Assembly (NCBI GenBank): GCA_951406725.2
Contig: OX597816.1
Coordinates: 66,898,001-66,962,000, forward strand
Length of the DNA: 64,000 bases
Reading direction: 5' to 3'
DNA from: Octopus vulgaris
Taxonomy: Eukaryota
In this document: in pieces, positions 1 to 12,979 of the stretch
Layout: the number at the start of each line of letters is the position of its first letter
How positions within the stretch are numbered: the first letter of the stretch is position 1
The notes under the pieces: generated by a model
What the model saw: the letters and a program-made list of their open reading frames with translations, nothing else
What the model was told of the DNA's origin: nothing
Databases searched by the model: none
Position numbers and translations under genes: made by a program

Positions 1-702
1 TGTAAATGCCATGTCATAACAGACAATTGAAGTCTACAGCTTACAGCTTTGTCAAACTGTCCAGCCAATGTCAGCATGAAAAATGGATATTAAATGATGA
101 TGATGATGCTTGCATGTATGTATGTGTGTGTGTGTGTGTGTGTGCATGCGTGCGTGTGTGTGTGTGCATGTATGTGTGTGTAAGAGAGAGAGATGTATAT
201 TATATTTGGATAAGTAAATTAGACATAATATTTATTTAATGATTGATCTTTTATTTCATGTATACATATACACACACACACACACTCACACACACACATG
301 TTCATACATGCATGTACATATGTATGTATGTTTGTATAAGGATCAATTACTTCATTCTTAAATACCTAATTCCATTTAATTGCCCCTTGCTCATAACCAA
401 TATAGATTTCAGTGGACTTTCAGAGTAGCTGTCCCCACCTCTTGGGAAAAGAATTAGATGGGGCATCTTCTCTCTAAATTAAAAAATTTTTAGTGTTCCT
501 GTGTTTCGTACAATGGGAATTACATTTCTGGAAGAATTTTCTCTCCCTACATTTCAAATTCTTTTTCTTTTTCTTTTTTTTAGACCCAAACCCCCACCCT
601 GCTCACCTTGGCTCTCTTGCCCTTTTTCTCCCTCACAGGTTGTAATAGTTATTCCAGAACTCTGCCTAATTCTTTAATATGTTTGTTCTTTCATTTTTTT
701 AT

Positions 703-819
703 TCTTTTACTTGTTTCAGTCATTTGACCATGGCCATGCTGGAGCACTGCCTTCAATTGAACAGATCGACACCAGAACTTATTCTTTGTAAGCCTAGTAC
801 TTATTCTATCAGTCTTGTT

Positions 820-854
<35 letters not shown>

Positions 855-1033
855 GTGTATATATATATATGACAGGCTTCTCTCAGTTTCTGTCTATCAA
901 ATCTACTCACAAGGCTTTGGTTGGCCCGAGGCTATAGTAGATGACATTTGCCCAAGGTGTCATGCAGTGGGACTGAACCTGGAACTATGTGGTTGGTAAG
1001 CAAGTTACTTACCACACAGCCACTGCTGTGCCT
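703..1033 (-). mobile_element. SINE family A, internally deleted
   Basis: Reverse-complement match to 1104-1526. Confidence 0.85.
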
Positions 1034-1103
1034 ATGTTTGACTAATTGAAATATTTCCCAAAATATGTATCGATTTATTAACATGTATCGATTTATTAAC
1101 ATA

Positions 1104-1526
1104 GGCGCAGGAGTGGCTGTGTGGTAAGTAGCTTGCTTACCAACCACATGGTTCCGGGTTCAGTCCCATTGTGTGGCACCTTGGGCAAGTGTCTTCTACT
1201 ATAGCCTCGGGCCGACCAAAGCCTTGTGAGTGGATTTGGTAGACGGAAACTGAAAGAAGCCCGTCGTATATATGTATGTATATATATATGCGTGTGTGCG
1301 TTTGTGTGTCTGTGTTTGTCCCCTAACATTGCTTGACAACCAATGCTGGTGTGTTTATGTCCCCGTTACTTAGCGGTTCGGCAAAAGAGACCGATAGAAT
1401 AAGTACTGGGCTTACAAAAGAATAAGTCCCGGGGTCGAGTTGCTCGACTAAAGGCGGTGCTCCAGCATGGCCGCAGTCAAATGACTGAAACAAGTAAAAG
1501 AGTAAAAGAGTAAAAGAGTAAAGAGT
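1104..1526 (+). mobile_element. SINE family A (tRNA head, CORE-like segment, internal microsatellite, (GTAAAAGA)n tail)
   Basis: A box tggctgtgtggtaag, B box ggttcagtccc, gcaccttgggcaagtg; many copies in the window. Confidence 0.9.
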
Positions 1527-1540
1527 ATGAGATAGTTTAT

Positions 1541-1890
1541 CTTTTACTTGTTTCAGTTATTAGATTGCAGCCATGCTGGGTACTGCCTTGGAAAATTTTT
1601 AGTGGAATGAATTGACCCTAGTAATTATTTTTTCTTTCTTTTTAAACCTGACACTTATTCTGTTGGTCCGTTATGCTGAACTGCTAAGTTATGGGGACAT
1701 AAACACACCAACACCAGATGTCAAGTGGTGGTGGAGGACAAACACAGACACAAAGATACACACACACAATGGGCTTCTTTTAGTTTCCGTCTACCAAATC
1801 CATCCACAAGCTATAGAAGGAAGACACTTGTCCAAGGTGCCACTCAGAGGGACTGAACCCAAAACCATCTGGTTAGGAAGAAAATTTCTA
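1541..1890 (-). mobile_element. SINE family A, diverged
   Basis: Reverse-complement match to family A. Confidence 0.8.
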
Positions 1891-2270
1891 TGATAGTGTA
1901 GTTTTTACCGTGACCTAATTGCAGACACTCTTCAGTGGTCATCTCTGGAATCTTGGTCATATTAGTAACATTGTTGACACCAGTGGTTGTCGTATTAGCA
2001 GGAATAGAAGTCATTTAAATGAGTTTTATGTAAATGTTTATACTGCTACTAGTGGCACTGTTAATGCTGTCATTTATTTTGATGACAATCGATTCAACCA
2101 TGAAAATAAGTAGGCTTATTTGTTTATAGTACGCTAGAAATAACAATGTCCATATCTATTGGTTAATTGATCCACCCTTTCAATAAATAATTTATCACTT
2201 TGGGTGCATTATGTTTTGCTGTCTTTTGCACCAATGTGTCCCATGTATAATATAATATAATATAAATATA

Positions 2271-2317
<47 letters not shown>

Positions 2318-2486
2318 AATTGAGATAGGGGTTGTAAATGCAACCCTCTATGGGATAACGTATATCCAATATACTGCTAGTGAAGTACCCAACAAAGTTA
2401 ATACATAAATGTTAATGATTGTGATGCAATCAATTCATTTACTGTATTATATGGGCAAAGGTAAAATGATTTACCACAAATTACTA

Positions 2487-3324
2487 ATACAAGATAAGAA
2501 AATGGAGAAATACATCTAAATCAAATATCAATTACCAGATAATACTCAATCACATACTTTATTAAACCACCACATAAGAGACTGTAGGGTTAAATATAAA
2601 AAGCAGAACAAATCAGTGTACATAAAGGAATGTAAATAAAAAAAGTGCTTATATTACTTCATATGAAGTAATATAATGTACTATTGACTATGTATATTTG
2701 CATCTAGGTACTAATTTGTGTATGTTTATTATCACAATATTAAGTAAAAAAACTGAGACATTGAGTGTGGAACACATATATATGTTTACTAATTTATATT
2801 ATTTATTTATATAATTATGTATATGTATATTTTTATATGTATAGGAGTGTGAGTATATGCACTCATATGTATATGTATATGTTGTATTATGGGTATGCTC
2901 CCACACCCATGTGGGTATATATGTAGACTGATTTATATTATATTACATAATCTCCGAAGAGGCCTTATGATATTTTTGTAAATGTCTCATTTATATCTAT
3001 ATATTGACCAACCATAAAGGGCTAATATTGGTAAAATGAGACATACTTATCTACATGGCCGAAACAGCTGTAAGATGTAACCTATACTTATATTTATATT
3101 TACTTATATTTATATTCTCTTTTATATATATTCTACTTATTATACAACATTACTCTTTTATGTACACTTTTTTATGTACATTCCTTTATGTACACTGATT
3201 TGTTCTGCTTTTTATATTTAACCCTACAGTCTCTTATGTGGTGGTTTAATAAAGTATGTGATTGAGTATTATCTGGTAATTGATATTTGATTTAGATGTA
3301 TTTCTCCATTTTTTTATCTTGTAT
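2487..3324 (+). mobile_element. Penelope-like pLTR fold-back element (inverted repeats 2487-2647 / 3165-3324) ending at (TA)n
   Basis: ~160-bp near-perfect inverted repeats, internal hammerhead-like motif, 3' end joined to a (TA)n tract. Confidence 0.7.
2950..3077 (+). ncRNA. Hammerhead-like motif with long helix II (core variant CCGAAGA)
   Basis: atct-CCGAAGA-ggcc...atgtctcattt/aaatgagacat...ggcc-GAAA-cagct-GTA-agat; palindromic helix III ACAGCTGT. Confidence 0.62.
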
Positions 3325-3342
3325 ATATATATATATATATAT

Positions 3343-3838
3343 GTGGAGGCGCAATGGCCCAGTTTTTAGGGCAGCGGACTTGTGTTCGTAGGATCGCGGT
3401 TTCGATTCCCAGACCGGGCATTGTGAGTGTTTATTGAGTGAAAACACCTAAAGCTCCACGAGGCTCCGGCAGGGGGGGGGGTGGGGTGAACCCTGCTGTA
3501 CTCTTTCACCACAACTTTCTCTCACTCTTTCTTCCTGTTTTTGTTGTACCTGTATTTCAAAGGGCCAGCCTTGTCACGCTGAATCTCCCCGAGAACTATG
3601 TTAAGGGTACACATGTCTGTGGAGTGCTCATGCACGTTAATAAATGAGCTGCAATGTCACTGGTGCCAAGCTGTATTGGCCTTTGCCTTCCCCTTGGATA
3701 ACATCGGTGGTAGGGAGAAGGGAGGCTGATATGGGTGGACGACTGCTGGTCTTCCATAAACAACTTTGCCCAGACTTGTGCCTCGGAGGGTAACTTTCTA
3801 GGTGCAATCCCATGGTCATTCATGACCGAAGGTGGTCA
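3343..3838 (+). mobile_element. SINE family C, tail type 1
   Basis: tRNA head gtggaggcgcaatggcccagt...ggtttcgattccc, shared linker, then a distinct ~300-bp tail. Confidence 0.85.
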
Positions 3839-3842
3839 CAAT

Positions 3843-3893
<51 letters not shown>

Positions 3894-3896
<3 letters not shown>

Positions 3897-3990
3897 TAAT
3901 CCCTCAACTATCATGGGTGTTATGTTCCAAAACCCTCCCACAGAAATAATTAAAATCTAAAAAAATATAAATACCTTTCGGCCGCAGAAA
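3894..3990 (+). mobile_element. Tigger/pogo-like terminal fragment
   Basis: TA + cagtaatccctcaactatcatgggtgttatgttccaaaaccc resembles Tigger-type TIRs; truncated by the RTE. Confidence 0.5.
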
Positions 3991-3996
3991 CCCAGA

Positions 3997-5482
3997 TATA
4001 CTGCCCCTGGGAGCTCCTCTATGCTGACGATAGTGAGTCACTATCAGAACTAGAGGAGAAGTTTCAGGTGTGAAAACAAGGATTAGAGTCAACCTAGCCA
4101 AAACCAAAGTCCTAATAAGTAGGAAGGCAGGCAAACCACATATCCCTTCAGGTAGATGGCCCTGCTTGGTCTGTAGAAAAGGCGTAGGTAGAAACTCTAT
4201 ACGATGTACCCAGTGTAAGCTATGGACACATAAGAGGTGCAGCAATATCAAAGGAAGGCTAACTGGGAAGATAGCTTTTGTATGTGGTAGATGCTCAGGA
4301 GCAATAAACACTGAAAATGTGCAGAGAACAACCTCTGTCACATTCTAGGGAGAAAAACTAGAAGTAGTTGATAGCTTCCATTACCTAGGTGACCAAGTCA
4401 GTAGCGGGTGAGGGTGCACTGAAAGTGTAGCTGCTAGAATAAGAATAGCCTAGGCAAAGTTCAGAGAACTCTTACCTCTGCTGGTGACAAAGGGCCTCTC
4501 GCTCAGAGTAAAAGGTAGACTGTATGACGCACGTGTGCGAACAGCCATGCTACATGGCAGTGAAATATGGGCCGTGACTGCTGAGGACATGCATAAGCTC
4601 ACAAGGAATGAAACCAGTATGATCCGATGGATGTGTAATGTCAGTGTGCATACTCAACAGAGTGTAAGTACCTTGAGAGAAAGGTTGAACCTAAGAAGCA
4701 TCAGCTGTAGTGTGCAAGAGAGACAACTGCGCTGGTATGGTCATGTGGCGAGAATAGATGAGGATAGCTGTGTGAAAAAGTGCCACACCCTAGCGGTTGA
4801 GGGAAACTGTGGAAGAGGTAGACCCAGGAAGACCTGGGATGAAGTGGTGAAACACGACCTTTGAACATTAGGCCTCACCAAGGCAATGACTAGTGACTGA
4901 AACTTTTGGAAATATGCAGTGCTTGAGAAGACCCGGCAAGCCAAATGAGACCATGACCTTGTGGCCTATGCCAGGGGTGTAACCAGCCCACTTATGCATA
5001 CCCTTCCTTCATTGGACACTGCTTGTGAAGACCTGTCGAGGCAAGTGAAATCGAAATCAAATTCGATGACTGGCATCCATGCTAGTGGAGCACTAAGAGC
5101 ACCATCCGAGCGTGATCGTTGCTAGAATGGCTAATTGGTGTCCATGACGGTGGCACGTAAAAAGCACCATTTGAGCGTGATTGTTATCAACGTTGCCTTA
5201 CTGGCATTTGTGCCAGTGTGCAGGTGGCATATAAAAAAAAAGACCATTTGGGCATGGCCGTTGCCAGTACTGCCTGACTGGCCCTTGTGCTGGTGGCATG
5301 TAAAAGCACCCACTACACTCTCGGAGTGGTTGGCGTTAGGAAGGGCATCCAGCTGTAAAAACTATACCAGATTCAAGATCGGAGCCTGATGCAGCCATCT
5401 GGTTCGCCAATCCTTAGTCAAATCATCCAACCCATGCTAGCATGGAAAGTGGATGTTAAACGACGATGATGATGATGATGAT
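3997..5482 (+). mobile_element. RTE-clade LINE, 5'-truncated degenerate copy of the same family
   Basis: Starts at [10 protein letters not shown]; colinear with the 56160 ORF but with stops and deletions; (GAT)n tail. Confidence 0.93.
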
Positions 5483-6147
5483 ATATGATGTATATACATA
5501 CATATCTACATATACATATATATATAGGTATATTTCGATACTTTCACCTGCATGTTTTTCACTAAGAAAAAACTTGGATTTTTTTCACAAAATCAAGTAA
5601 CCTGACTTCCTTTTGTGCCGCAAATCCCTTATTTTGTTCAGAAAAAAGAGGTGGGTGGGTAGGAAACTCGAACATCCCACCATATCCTGGAATCATTGGG
5701 AATTTTTTTTTCTCCCTTGAATGAATCATGGTGACCTCCTAATATGCCACAACCCGCTTTTTTTTGGTTTGGAAAATGGGGGTGGGTTGGGGGTGGACCC
5801 TTCAGAAATTTCATCCCCATTTTCAAATTTTTTTGCTGTTTCTTTTTCTACACATTTTTTTTTAGATAACATTTTGCAGAAATACATTTTTGAGAGAGTG
5901 TGGATTACATTAGATTGAAAATTCAAATAAGTTTGAAAAGACTATTGAAAAGAATGAGTGAAAATGCAGAGGTTATAGAATATAATGGTAATGAAGTCTG
6001 TGGAGAAATAAAGAATCATAAAGAATTCATCTAAAAAACACCCAAGAGTTTGTGATGTGTGTGAAATAAGTAAAAGTATAATATCAAAACAAGATATCCT
6101 TTTCATACCTCTTAAAATCACTGGATATTATATATATATAATATCGT

Positions 6148-6646
6148 TGACAGATATGATCGTTGAGAGAGCAGCTAACCGGCTTCCGTGCCAGTGGCAC
6201 ATAAAAGGGCACCCTCGAGAGTGATCGTTAACAGCGTCGCCTTACTGGCACTTGTGCCCGTGCTAGTAGGGTGCCAAGAGCACCATCTGAGCGTGATCGT
6301 TGCCAGAGCAGCCAACTAGCTCCATGCTAGTGACACGTAAAAGGGCACCATTCGAGCGTGATCGTTACCAACGTCGCCCTCCTGGCACCTGTACCGGTGG
6401 CATGTGTAAAAAGATTTGAACGAGGTCATTGCCAGTACTGCCTCACTGGCCCCGTGCCGATGGCATGTAAAAAGCACCCACTACACTCTCGGAGTGGTTG
6501 GCTTTAGGAAGGGCATCCAGCTGTAGAAACTCTGCCAAATCAAGATTGGAGCCTGGTGTGGACGTCTGGTTCACCAGCCCTCAGTCAAAATCGTCCAACC
6601 CATGCTAGCATGGAAGGCGGACATTAAACGATGATGATGATGATGA
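6148..6646 (+). mobile_element. RTE 3' UTR-only copy with internal tandem repeats
   Basis: aaaagcacccactacactctcggagtggttggc...catgctagcatggaa...ttaaacgatgatgat, the same terminus as the RT-bearing copies. Confidence 0.85.
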
Positions 6647-7533
6647 ATATATAATAATCCCAGATTGCAGAATAGATTTGAAAGATAACTCCATTTTCTC
6701 TTTGCAATTTTTGGAGCTGTGTGAGAGAGAGTGTGTGTGTGTGTGTTTGTTTGTGATCCTTTTATTACTACATTCACCAATTAGTTTTTATTTGTTAAGT
6801 CCCTAAATGTACAGCTACTAATATTTGCCTCATTTAATCATATTTATTGTAGTCAAGATAATTTTAAATCAATTATTTGAATACAGTGTTGCAAAACAAA
6901 AACAGAAAAATAAATATAAGTAAATAAATAAATAAGAAAATCTCATGCTGGAACTTGTAAAGTTTTGTTCATCTGGTTTTTCTTCCTCTTTTCTATGGAT
7001 TTTGATGAAGCTAGATGGGGGATAAATATTTGCTTATGAGAGAAAATTTATAAAATTTTACTCATTGGGTATTTAGAGATAAACAAAGAAAGTCTGTAAG
7101 TGGTTGCTCAAATTAGCAATAAATAGTAGCCAAATCACAGTTTACAATGTTAAAAATATATAAGGATACATTGGAATTATTAAAAATAAAACTTTACAAA
7201 TTGTTCTCAATGTTTTGTAGCTCAGATACCCCCATCATCACCACCACCACCACTTTCATTGAAAGGTATTTTATAAATGCCTCTTTCACATGTTTGGCAA
7301 GAAAAATACATAACATATTTTTTACGAATGCAGAATTGCATTACCTTTACAATGCAGAAAAATTAGTCAACAGCCTGTTTGTTGACAAATTTTCCTGCTT
7401 TGTAAGAGTAATTTACCCAATATTTCTGCTGTTCTAACAGCAATTCTGCATTTGAAAAAATATCTTCTTATTTGTATTGTACAAAACACATTTTGATACT
7501 TCTATAAAAACAAATGTTAGTTTGTTTATATTT

Positions 7534-7941
7534 AGGCATAGGAGTGGCTGTGTGGTAAGTAGCTTGATTACGAACCACATGGTTCCGGGTTCAGTTCCAC
7601 TGCATGGCACCTTGGGCAAGTGTCTTCTACTATAGCCTTGGGCCAACCAAAGCCTTGTGAGTGGATTTGGTAGATGGAAACTGAAAGAAGCCTGTCCTAT
7701 ATATGTATATATATATATATGTATGTGTGTGTATATGTTTGTATGTCTGTATTTGTCCCCCACAACATCGCTTGACAACCGATGCTGGTGTGTTCACGTT
7801 CACGTAACTTTGCAATTCAGCAAATGAAACCAATAGAATAAGTACTAGGCTTGCAAAGAATAAGTCCTGGGGTTGATTTGCTCAACAAAAAGGTGTGCTC
7901 CAGCATGGCCACAGTCAAATGACTGAAACAAGTAAAAGAGT
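7534..7941 (+). mobile_element. SINE family A
   Basis: Full-length match. Confidence 0.9.
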
Positions 7942-8138
7942 ATATAATGCCAAAGAGCACAGAAAAATATCATTTGAAGACAAAAACTGTGCAAGCCTGC
8001 CAGCTTTTTTTAGCCATCCTGCCCAGCTATTTGTAACACCAGTGATTTATTAATCACTGTTTTTCTATATTAGTACAGGTGAAATTTTACTAAGCTAGTG
8101 GATGCTTGCTACTGAGGATGTGCAAATACACAGAAATC

Positions 8139-8626
8139 TCATCATCATCATCATCGTTTAATGTCCTCTTTCCATGCTAGCATGGGTTGGACGATTTGAC
8201 TGAGGGCTGGCAAACCAGATGGCTGCACCAGGCTCCAATCTTGATCTGGCAGAGTTTCTACAGCTGATACCCTTCCTAATGCCAACCACTCTGAGAGTGT
8301 AGTGGGTGCTTTTATGTGCCACCGGAACAGGGGCCAGTCAGGCGGCACTGGCAATGACCTCACTCGAATGTTTTTACACGTGCCACCGGCACAAGTGCTA
8401 GTAAGGTGACACTGGTAATAATTACACTCGAATGGTGCCTTTTACATGCCACCGGCATGGAAGCCAGTTAGCTGCTCTGGCAACAATCACGCTTGGATGG
8501 TGCTTTTAGCACCCTACTAGCACGGGGCACAAGTGCCAGTAAGGTGACGCTGGTAATAATTACACTCGAATGGCGCCTTTTATGTAGCACAGGCACAGAA
8601 GCCGGTTAGCCGCTCTGTCAACGATT
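8139..8626 (-). mobile_element. RTE 3' UTR-only copy
   Basis: Reverse complement of the same terminus, with (CAT)n at 8139. Confidence 0.85.
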
Positions 8627-9194
8627 TAGCAATTCCATCACCCCTTCAGGATGTTTCGTAGTAGCACTCCCATGTCTTTTTTCAGAATCACTATGTGTAA
8701 ATACTCCTGTCCCACCATCTGTACATACTTCTGTCCCACAATTTCTTGATTTTCCCTGGCACAGGGAAAAGAAAACACAGGATATCCATAGCTTGAATGA
8801 ATTTGATCAAACGCCTGCTTAATCAGAACTGACTTGGTGCTAAATAATAACAACAAAAACAAGTTACATAAATATGTAAATAGAAAAGGTAGATATAACT
8901 AGTTTCAGCTTGTTTACTTTTAAAATCGGCAAATCAATTCTATTCATTTGTTACTTCAGTTTAAATGAATTAATAAGATAAGGATTTGCATAAAAGAAGA
9001 TGAATGATCCGATATTTCCATAATGTACTATTCATAATATTTTATTAATCAATACTGAACAGAAATGAAAAGTGAGAAGCATGAGTGATTCACAATTACA
9101 TAAAAAGATCAGATATTTACAGAACGGTCAGCAGTCAGATGTGCAACAGTGAAAATCTTACTTCAAAGAACGGAGTAAAAAAAGAAGAAAAAAA

Positions 9195-9252
9195 ATGCAG
9201 AAAAAGATTCTCTTTCTTCTTATGGTAGCAGTTTATGGCAATGTTCGTACAG
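9195..9252 (+). CDS. Exon 1 of type-I membrane mucin-stalk glycoprotein gene (signal peptide MQKKILFLLMVAVYGNVRT)
   Basis: ATG at 9195 after an A-rich leader; basic N-region plus hydrophobic core; donor AG|GTAAGA at 9252/9253; phase 1 matches exon 2. Confidence 0.8.
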
Positions 9253-9591
9253 GTAAGAATATTCTATTCTCATAATCTCTGTCTCCTGCAATATGCACAA
9301 AAGCACCAGTTCATGTGTGAGTGTCCACACAAACACACATGCATGTGCGTGCACGTATACACACATGTATGCTTATGTTTATATATATATCATGAATCCA
9401 AAAGAATGTTTTGTTAGAGAGGCCATAGGTCAACAACAGTTTTGGGGTCTGAAAAACGCTGTAAAGCTAAGCTCTTTATGGATGTGAAACCCAGGGTAAG
9501 CCCATAGAATAGCCATATCTACCTTTATCTATATGTTTATATATATATGTATGTGTGTGTGTGTGTGTGTGTTTATATATATATATATATA

Positions 9592-10005
9592 TATAAAATA
9601 TTATTAGAGACAAAACCACTATTTTGCAAAACAAACAAGGAAAGACTTAATCAATACATAAAATTTTAATAAATAGTCAAAAAAACCGCCACTACAATCG
9701 TTTCTTGTCTTGATCGACAATCTTCAGGTGGACTTCAATAAGTCAGTTTCAAATTATAATTTGAAACTGACTTATTGAAGTCCACCTGAAGATTGTCGAT
9801 CAAGACAAGAAACGATTGTAGTGGCGGTTTTTTTGACTATTTATTAAAATTTTATGTATTGATTAAATCTTTCCTTGTTTGTTTTGCAAAATAGTGGTTT
9901 TGTCTCTAATAATATTTTATAATATTTTACTATAAAATTGGATTTAATCTTAAATCTGATTTTTTTCCCTGTAAATTTGGATTTATTCCCTAATATTTAT
10001 TATTA
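9592..10005 (+). mobile_element. Penelope-like pLTR fold-back: 330-bp spacerless palindrome (9592-9921) plus a unique 3' tail, between (TA)n tracts
   Basis: Centre aaattataattt (9756/9757); I see one mismatch in the 165-bp arms; hammerhead in each arm; tail tttttccctgtaa.tttgga...attccctaatatt also occurs at ~36205-36245. Confidence 0.8.
9782..9824 (+). ncRNA. Type-I hammerhead ribozyme motif (second copy on - strand at 9689-9731)
   Basis: ccac-CTGAAGA-ttgtc(gatcaa)gacaa-GAAA-cgatt-GTA-gtgg: intact core, helix I ccac/gtgg, 5-bp helix II, near-palindromic helix III. Confidence 0.85.
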
Positions 10006-10310
10006 TATATATATATACACTTAAGTCATAATATATGGATTCAAGTACTTGTAAAAAAAGCTGCATAATATATCATTTTACATAGCATAGAATACATGGT
10101 AATACAAAGATTTTCTTTCACCTGACGTTGCCTAAAATCTGCATTATTTTGAAATATTTTTTGCATTTTGCATTAATGCAGACATGTAAGTAATTAGTTT
10201 ATTAAATTATGAAACAATTTGTTGTGATATTTTAATTTTCTTATTGCTAAATAAAATTTCATAAAACTGTTTCTGTCATTTATGAGTTTATATATATATA
10301 TATATATATA

Positions 10311-10900
10311 GTTCAAAGTGAAACATGAGAGGTAATGATGTCAGTAAGACCCACAAGGTGTCAGGTAAAGCTGAGAAGATTTGAGCCTTGACAGAAGCAA
10401 CAGATATGTCAGTGAAGGGTTCATTCTCATTCCCATGGCAACCCTAAATACCTGCTGGTTGACCTTGTCAATGAACCCACTAACTTCATCTCTTTCGTTT
10501 CTACCTTTTATCCTTCCCTTGTCCGTTCATCACCAACACCACCTCCTTCACTGAAACCAATCAACACACTATCCACATCCGGAACTCTTTTTCCTGCATT
10601 TCTTCCAACATTATCTATTGCATCCAATGTACTCTTTGTGACTCTTTATATGTTGGTCAGTTGGGCCGTTGTCTAGCCAACCAATTTACTGAGCATCTAT
10701 GGGATATCCATATGCATAAAAACACCCCATTGTCTACTGCTTTTGCTCTACCAACCACTCTGTCGAATACCTCACTGTCTTCAACCTGTCCTTGCACCAT
10801 GGATCCACCACCACTATACTTCACCATGATCAGTACTACATCTTCTCTCTTCAGACTCATTTACCATTTGGACTTAATACCCACACTTCTTTCCTATAAT
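10311..10900 (+). mobile_element. Penelope-like element, GIY-YIG endonuclease remnant
   Basis: Frame from ~10529 reads ITNTTSFTETNQHTIHIRNSFSCISSNIIYCIQCTLCDSLYVGQLGRCLANQFTEHLWDI, matching the PLE pattern FTC.S.N(V/I)IY.I.C..C...YIG.T.R.L..RF.EH; starts next to (TA)n. Confidence 0.8.
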
Positions 10901-11039
10901 AGCTTCCACATTCGTTATTTTCTTTTAAATTTGATTTTAACATTTTGATTTAATTTTAATTTCTCAACTTTTCAAATGCTTAAATTTAAAGTTCATATAT
11001 ATTATATCGTCCATCGAATAAAAATGAAAATATTGTTGT

Positions 11040-11370
11040 TGAGAGAGAGAGAGAGAGGGGGGGGAGAGCGAGAGAGTGAGTGAAAAAGAAAGAGAGAGAG
11101 AGTGAGTGAAAAAGAAAGAGACAGAGAGTGAGTGTGTGTGTGTATAGATAGATAGGGAGAGAGGGAGTGAGAGAAAGAGAGAGAGTGTGAGAGAAAGAGA
11201 GAGAGTGAGAGAAAGAGAGAGTGAGAGAAAGAGAGAAAGAGTGAAAGAATGAGAGTGAGAGAAAGAGAAAGAGTGAGAAAAAGAGAGAGAGAGTGAGAGA
11301 AAGAGAGAGAAGTATTGTTCATTAATAAAGTGAAAAAGCTTTTGTTGAGAGAGAGAGAGAGAGTGAGAGA
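11040..11370. repeat. Degenerate (GA)n polypurine tract
   Basis: Direct reading. Confidence 0.95.
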
Positions 11371-11798
11371 AAGGAAAATGCACTGTTTGATACCACTCCC
11401 TCTCTCATTGTTATTACCATTTTGCCTCTTCTCTTTTTTTTACTCTTACACTGCTACTTCCTTATTGCATGATTTTGGACAAACTTACAAACAAGCTCAT
11501 TATTATAACAGATTATTTTCATCAAATTCCAACCCGACACGTGTTTCTGCTGGAATCCTAGTGTCCTTTGATGTAGCAGTTATGTGCATTTAGTTGTTTT
11601 AAATTAAACCAGTTGCAGTGTATATCCATTCAAAGGTAGAACGAAATCAGGACACTTATCCAACAGAAATGAGTTGGATTGGAATTTAATGAGGATAGTA
11701 CTTTAATAAAAAAATTTTGAATTGGCATATTTCTCCATTCTTCTTGATGGTGTCTTGATTATATAATACACACACACTCTCTCTCTCACACACGCACA

Positions 11799-12045
11799 CA
11801 TCATCATCATCATCATCATCATCGTTTAACGTCCGTTTTCCGCGCTAGCACGGGTTGGACGGTTTCGACCGGGGTCTGGGGAGCTCGGGACTGCCCCAGG
11901 CTCCAGTCTAGTCTGGCAGTGTTTCTACAGCTGGATGCCCTTCCTAACGCCAACCACTCCGCGAGTGTAGTGGGTGTTTTTTACGTGCCACCTGCACAGG
12001 TGCCAGAGGGGTCTGGCATCGACCACGTTCGGATGGTGCTTTTTA
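11799..12045 (-). mobile_element. RTE 3' UTR-only copy, fused directly to a tandem array
   Basis: Same terminus; CpG-rich (young). Confidence 0.85.
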
Positions 12046-12902
12046 TGGGGGGGGTGCAGAAATATAGGGGAGCACCAGTGGGAGGGGTGGTTCAGAGGAC
12101 AGGTACTAGTCAAGTAGAACGTAGGATATCGAGAGAGGGGTAATGCATGGTGAAATAGCGTATTGAAGAGGGGGTTCAAAGAGTAGACACCTATAATGGT
12201 GGTGGGGGTGCAGAAATATAGGGGAGCACCAGTGGGAGGGGTGGTTCAGGGGACAGGTTCTAGGCAAGTAGAACGTAGGATATCGAGAGAGGGGTAATGC
12301 ATGGTGAAATAGCGTATTGAAGAGGGGGTTCAAAGAATAGACACCTATTATGGTGGTGGGGGGTGCAGAAATATAGGGGAGCACCAGTGGGAGGGGTGGG
12401 CACCAGTGGGAGGGGTGGTTCAGAGGACAGGTTCTAGGCAAGTAGAACGTAGGATATCGAGAGAGGGGTAATGCATGGTGAATAGCGTATTGAAGAGGGG
12501 GTTCAAAGAGTAGACACCTATAATGGTGGTGGGGGGGTGCAGAAATATAGGGGAGCACCAGTGGGAGGGGTGGTTCAGAGGACAGGTTCTAGGCAAGTAG
12601 AACGTAGGATATCGAGAGAGGGGTAATGCATGGTGAAATAGCGTATTGAAGAGGGGGTTCAAAGAATAGACACCTATAATGGTGGTGGGGGGATGCAGAA
12701 ATATAGGGGAGCACCAGTGGGAGGGGTGAGCACCAGTGGGAGGGGTGAGCACCAGTGGGAGGGGTGAGCACCAGTGGGAGGGGTGGTCCAGAGGACAGGT
12801 TCTAGGCAAGTAGAACGTAGGATATCGAGAGAGGGGTAATGCATGGTGAAATAGCGTATTGAAGAGGGGGTTCAAAGAGTAGACACCTATAATGGTGGTG
12901 GG
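12046..12902. repeat. G-rich tandem array: five ~154-bp units with a nested 19-bp sub-repeat (1,1,2,1,4 copies)
   Basis: Unit starts (tgcagaaat) at 12055, 12209, 12364, 12538, 12694; sub-repeat gcaccagtgggaggggtg(a/g). Confidence 0.95.
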
Positions 12903-12979
12903 AGAAAACGACATCCGGTATAGTTGGAGCAAAATAGAGATATCCGGTATTGGTGGTGGGGGTGGGTAGGGCGGGCGCG

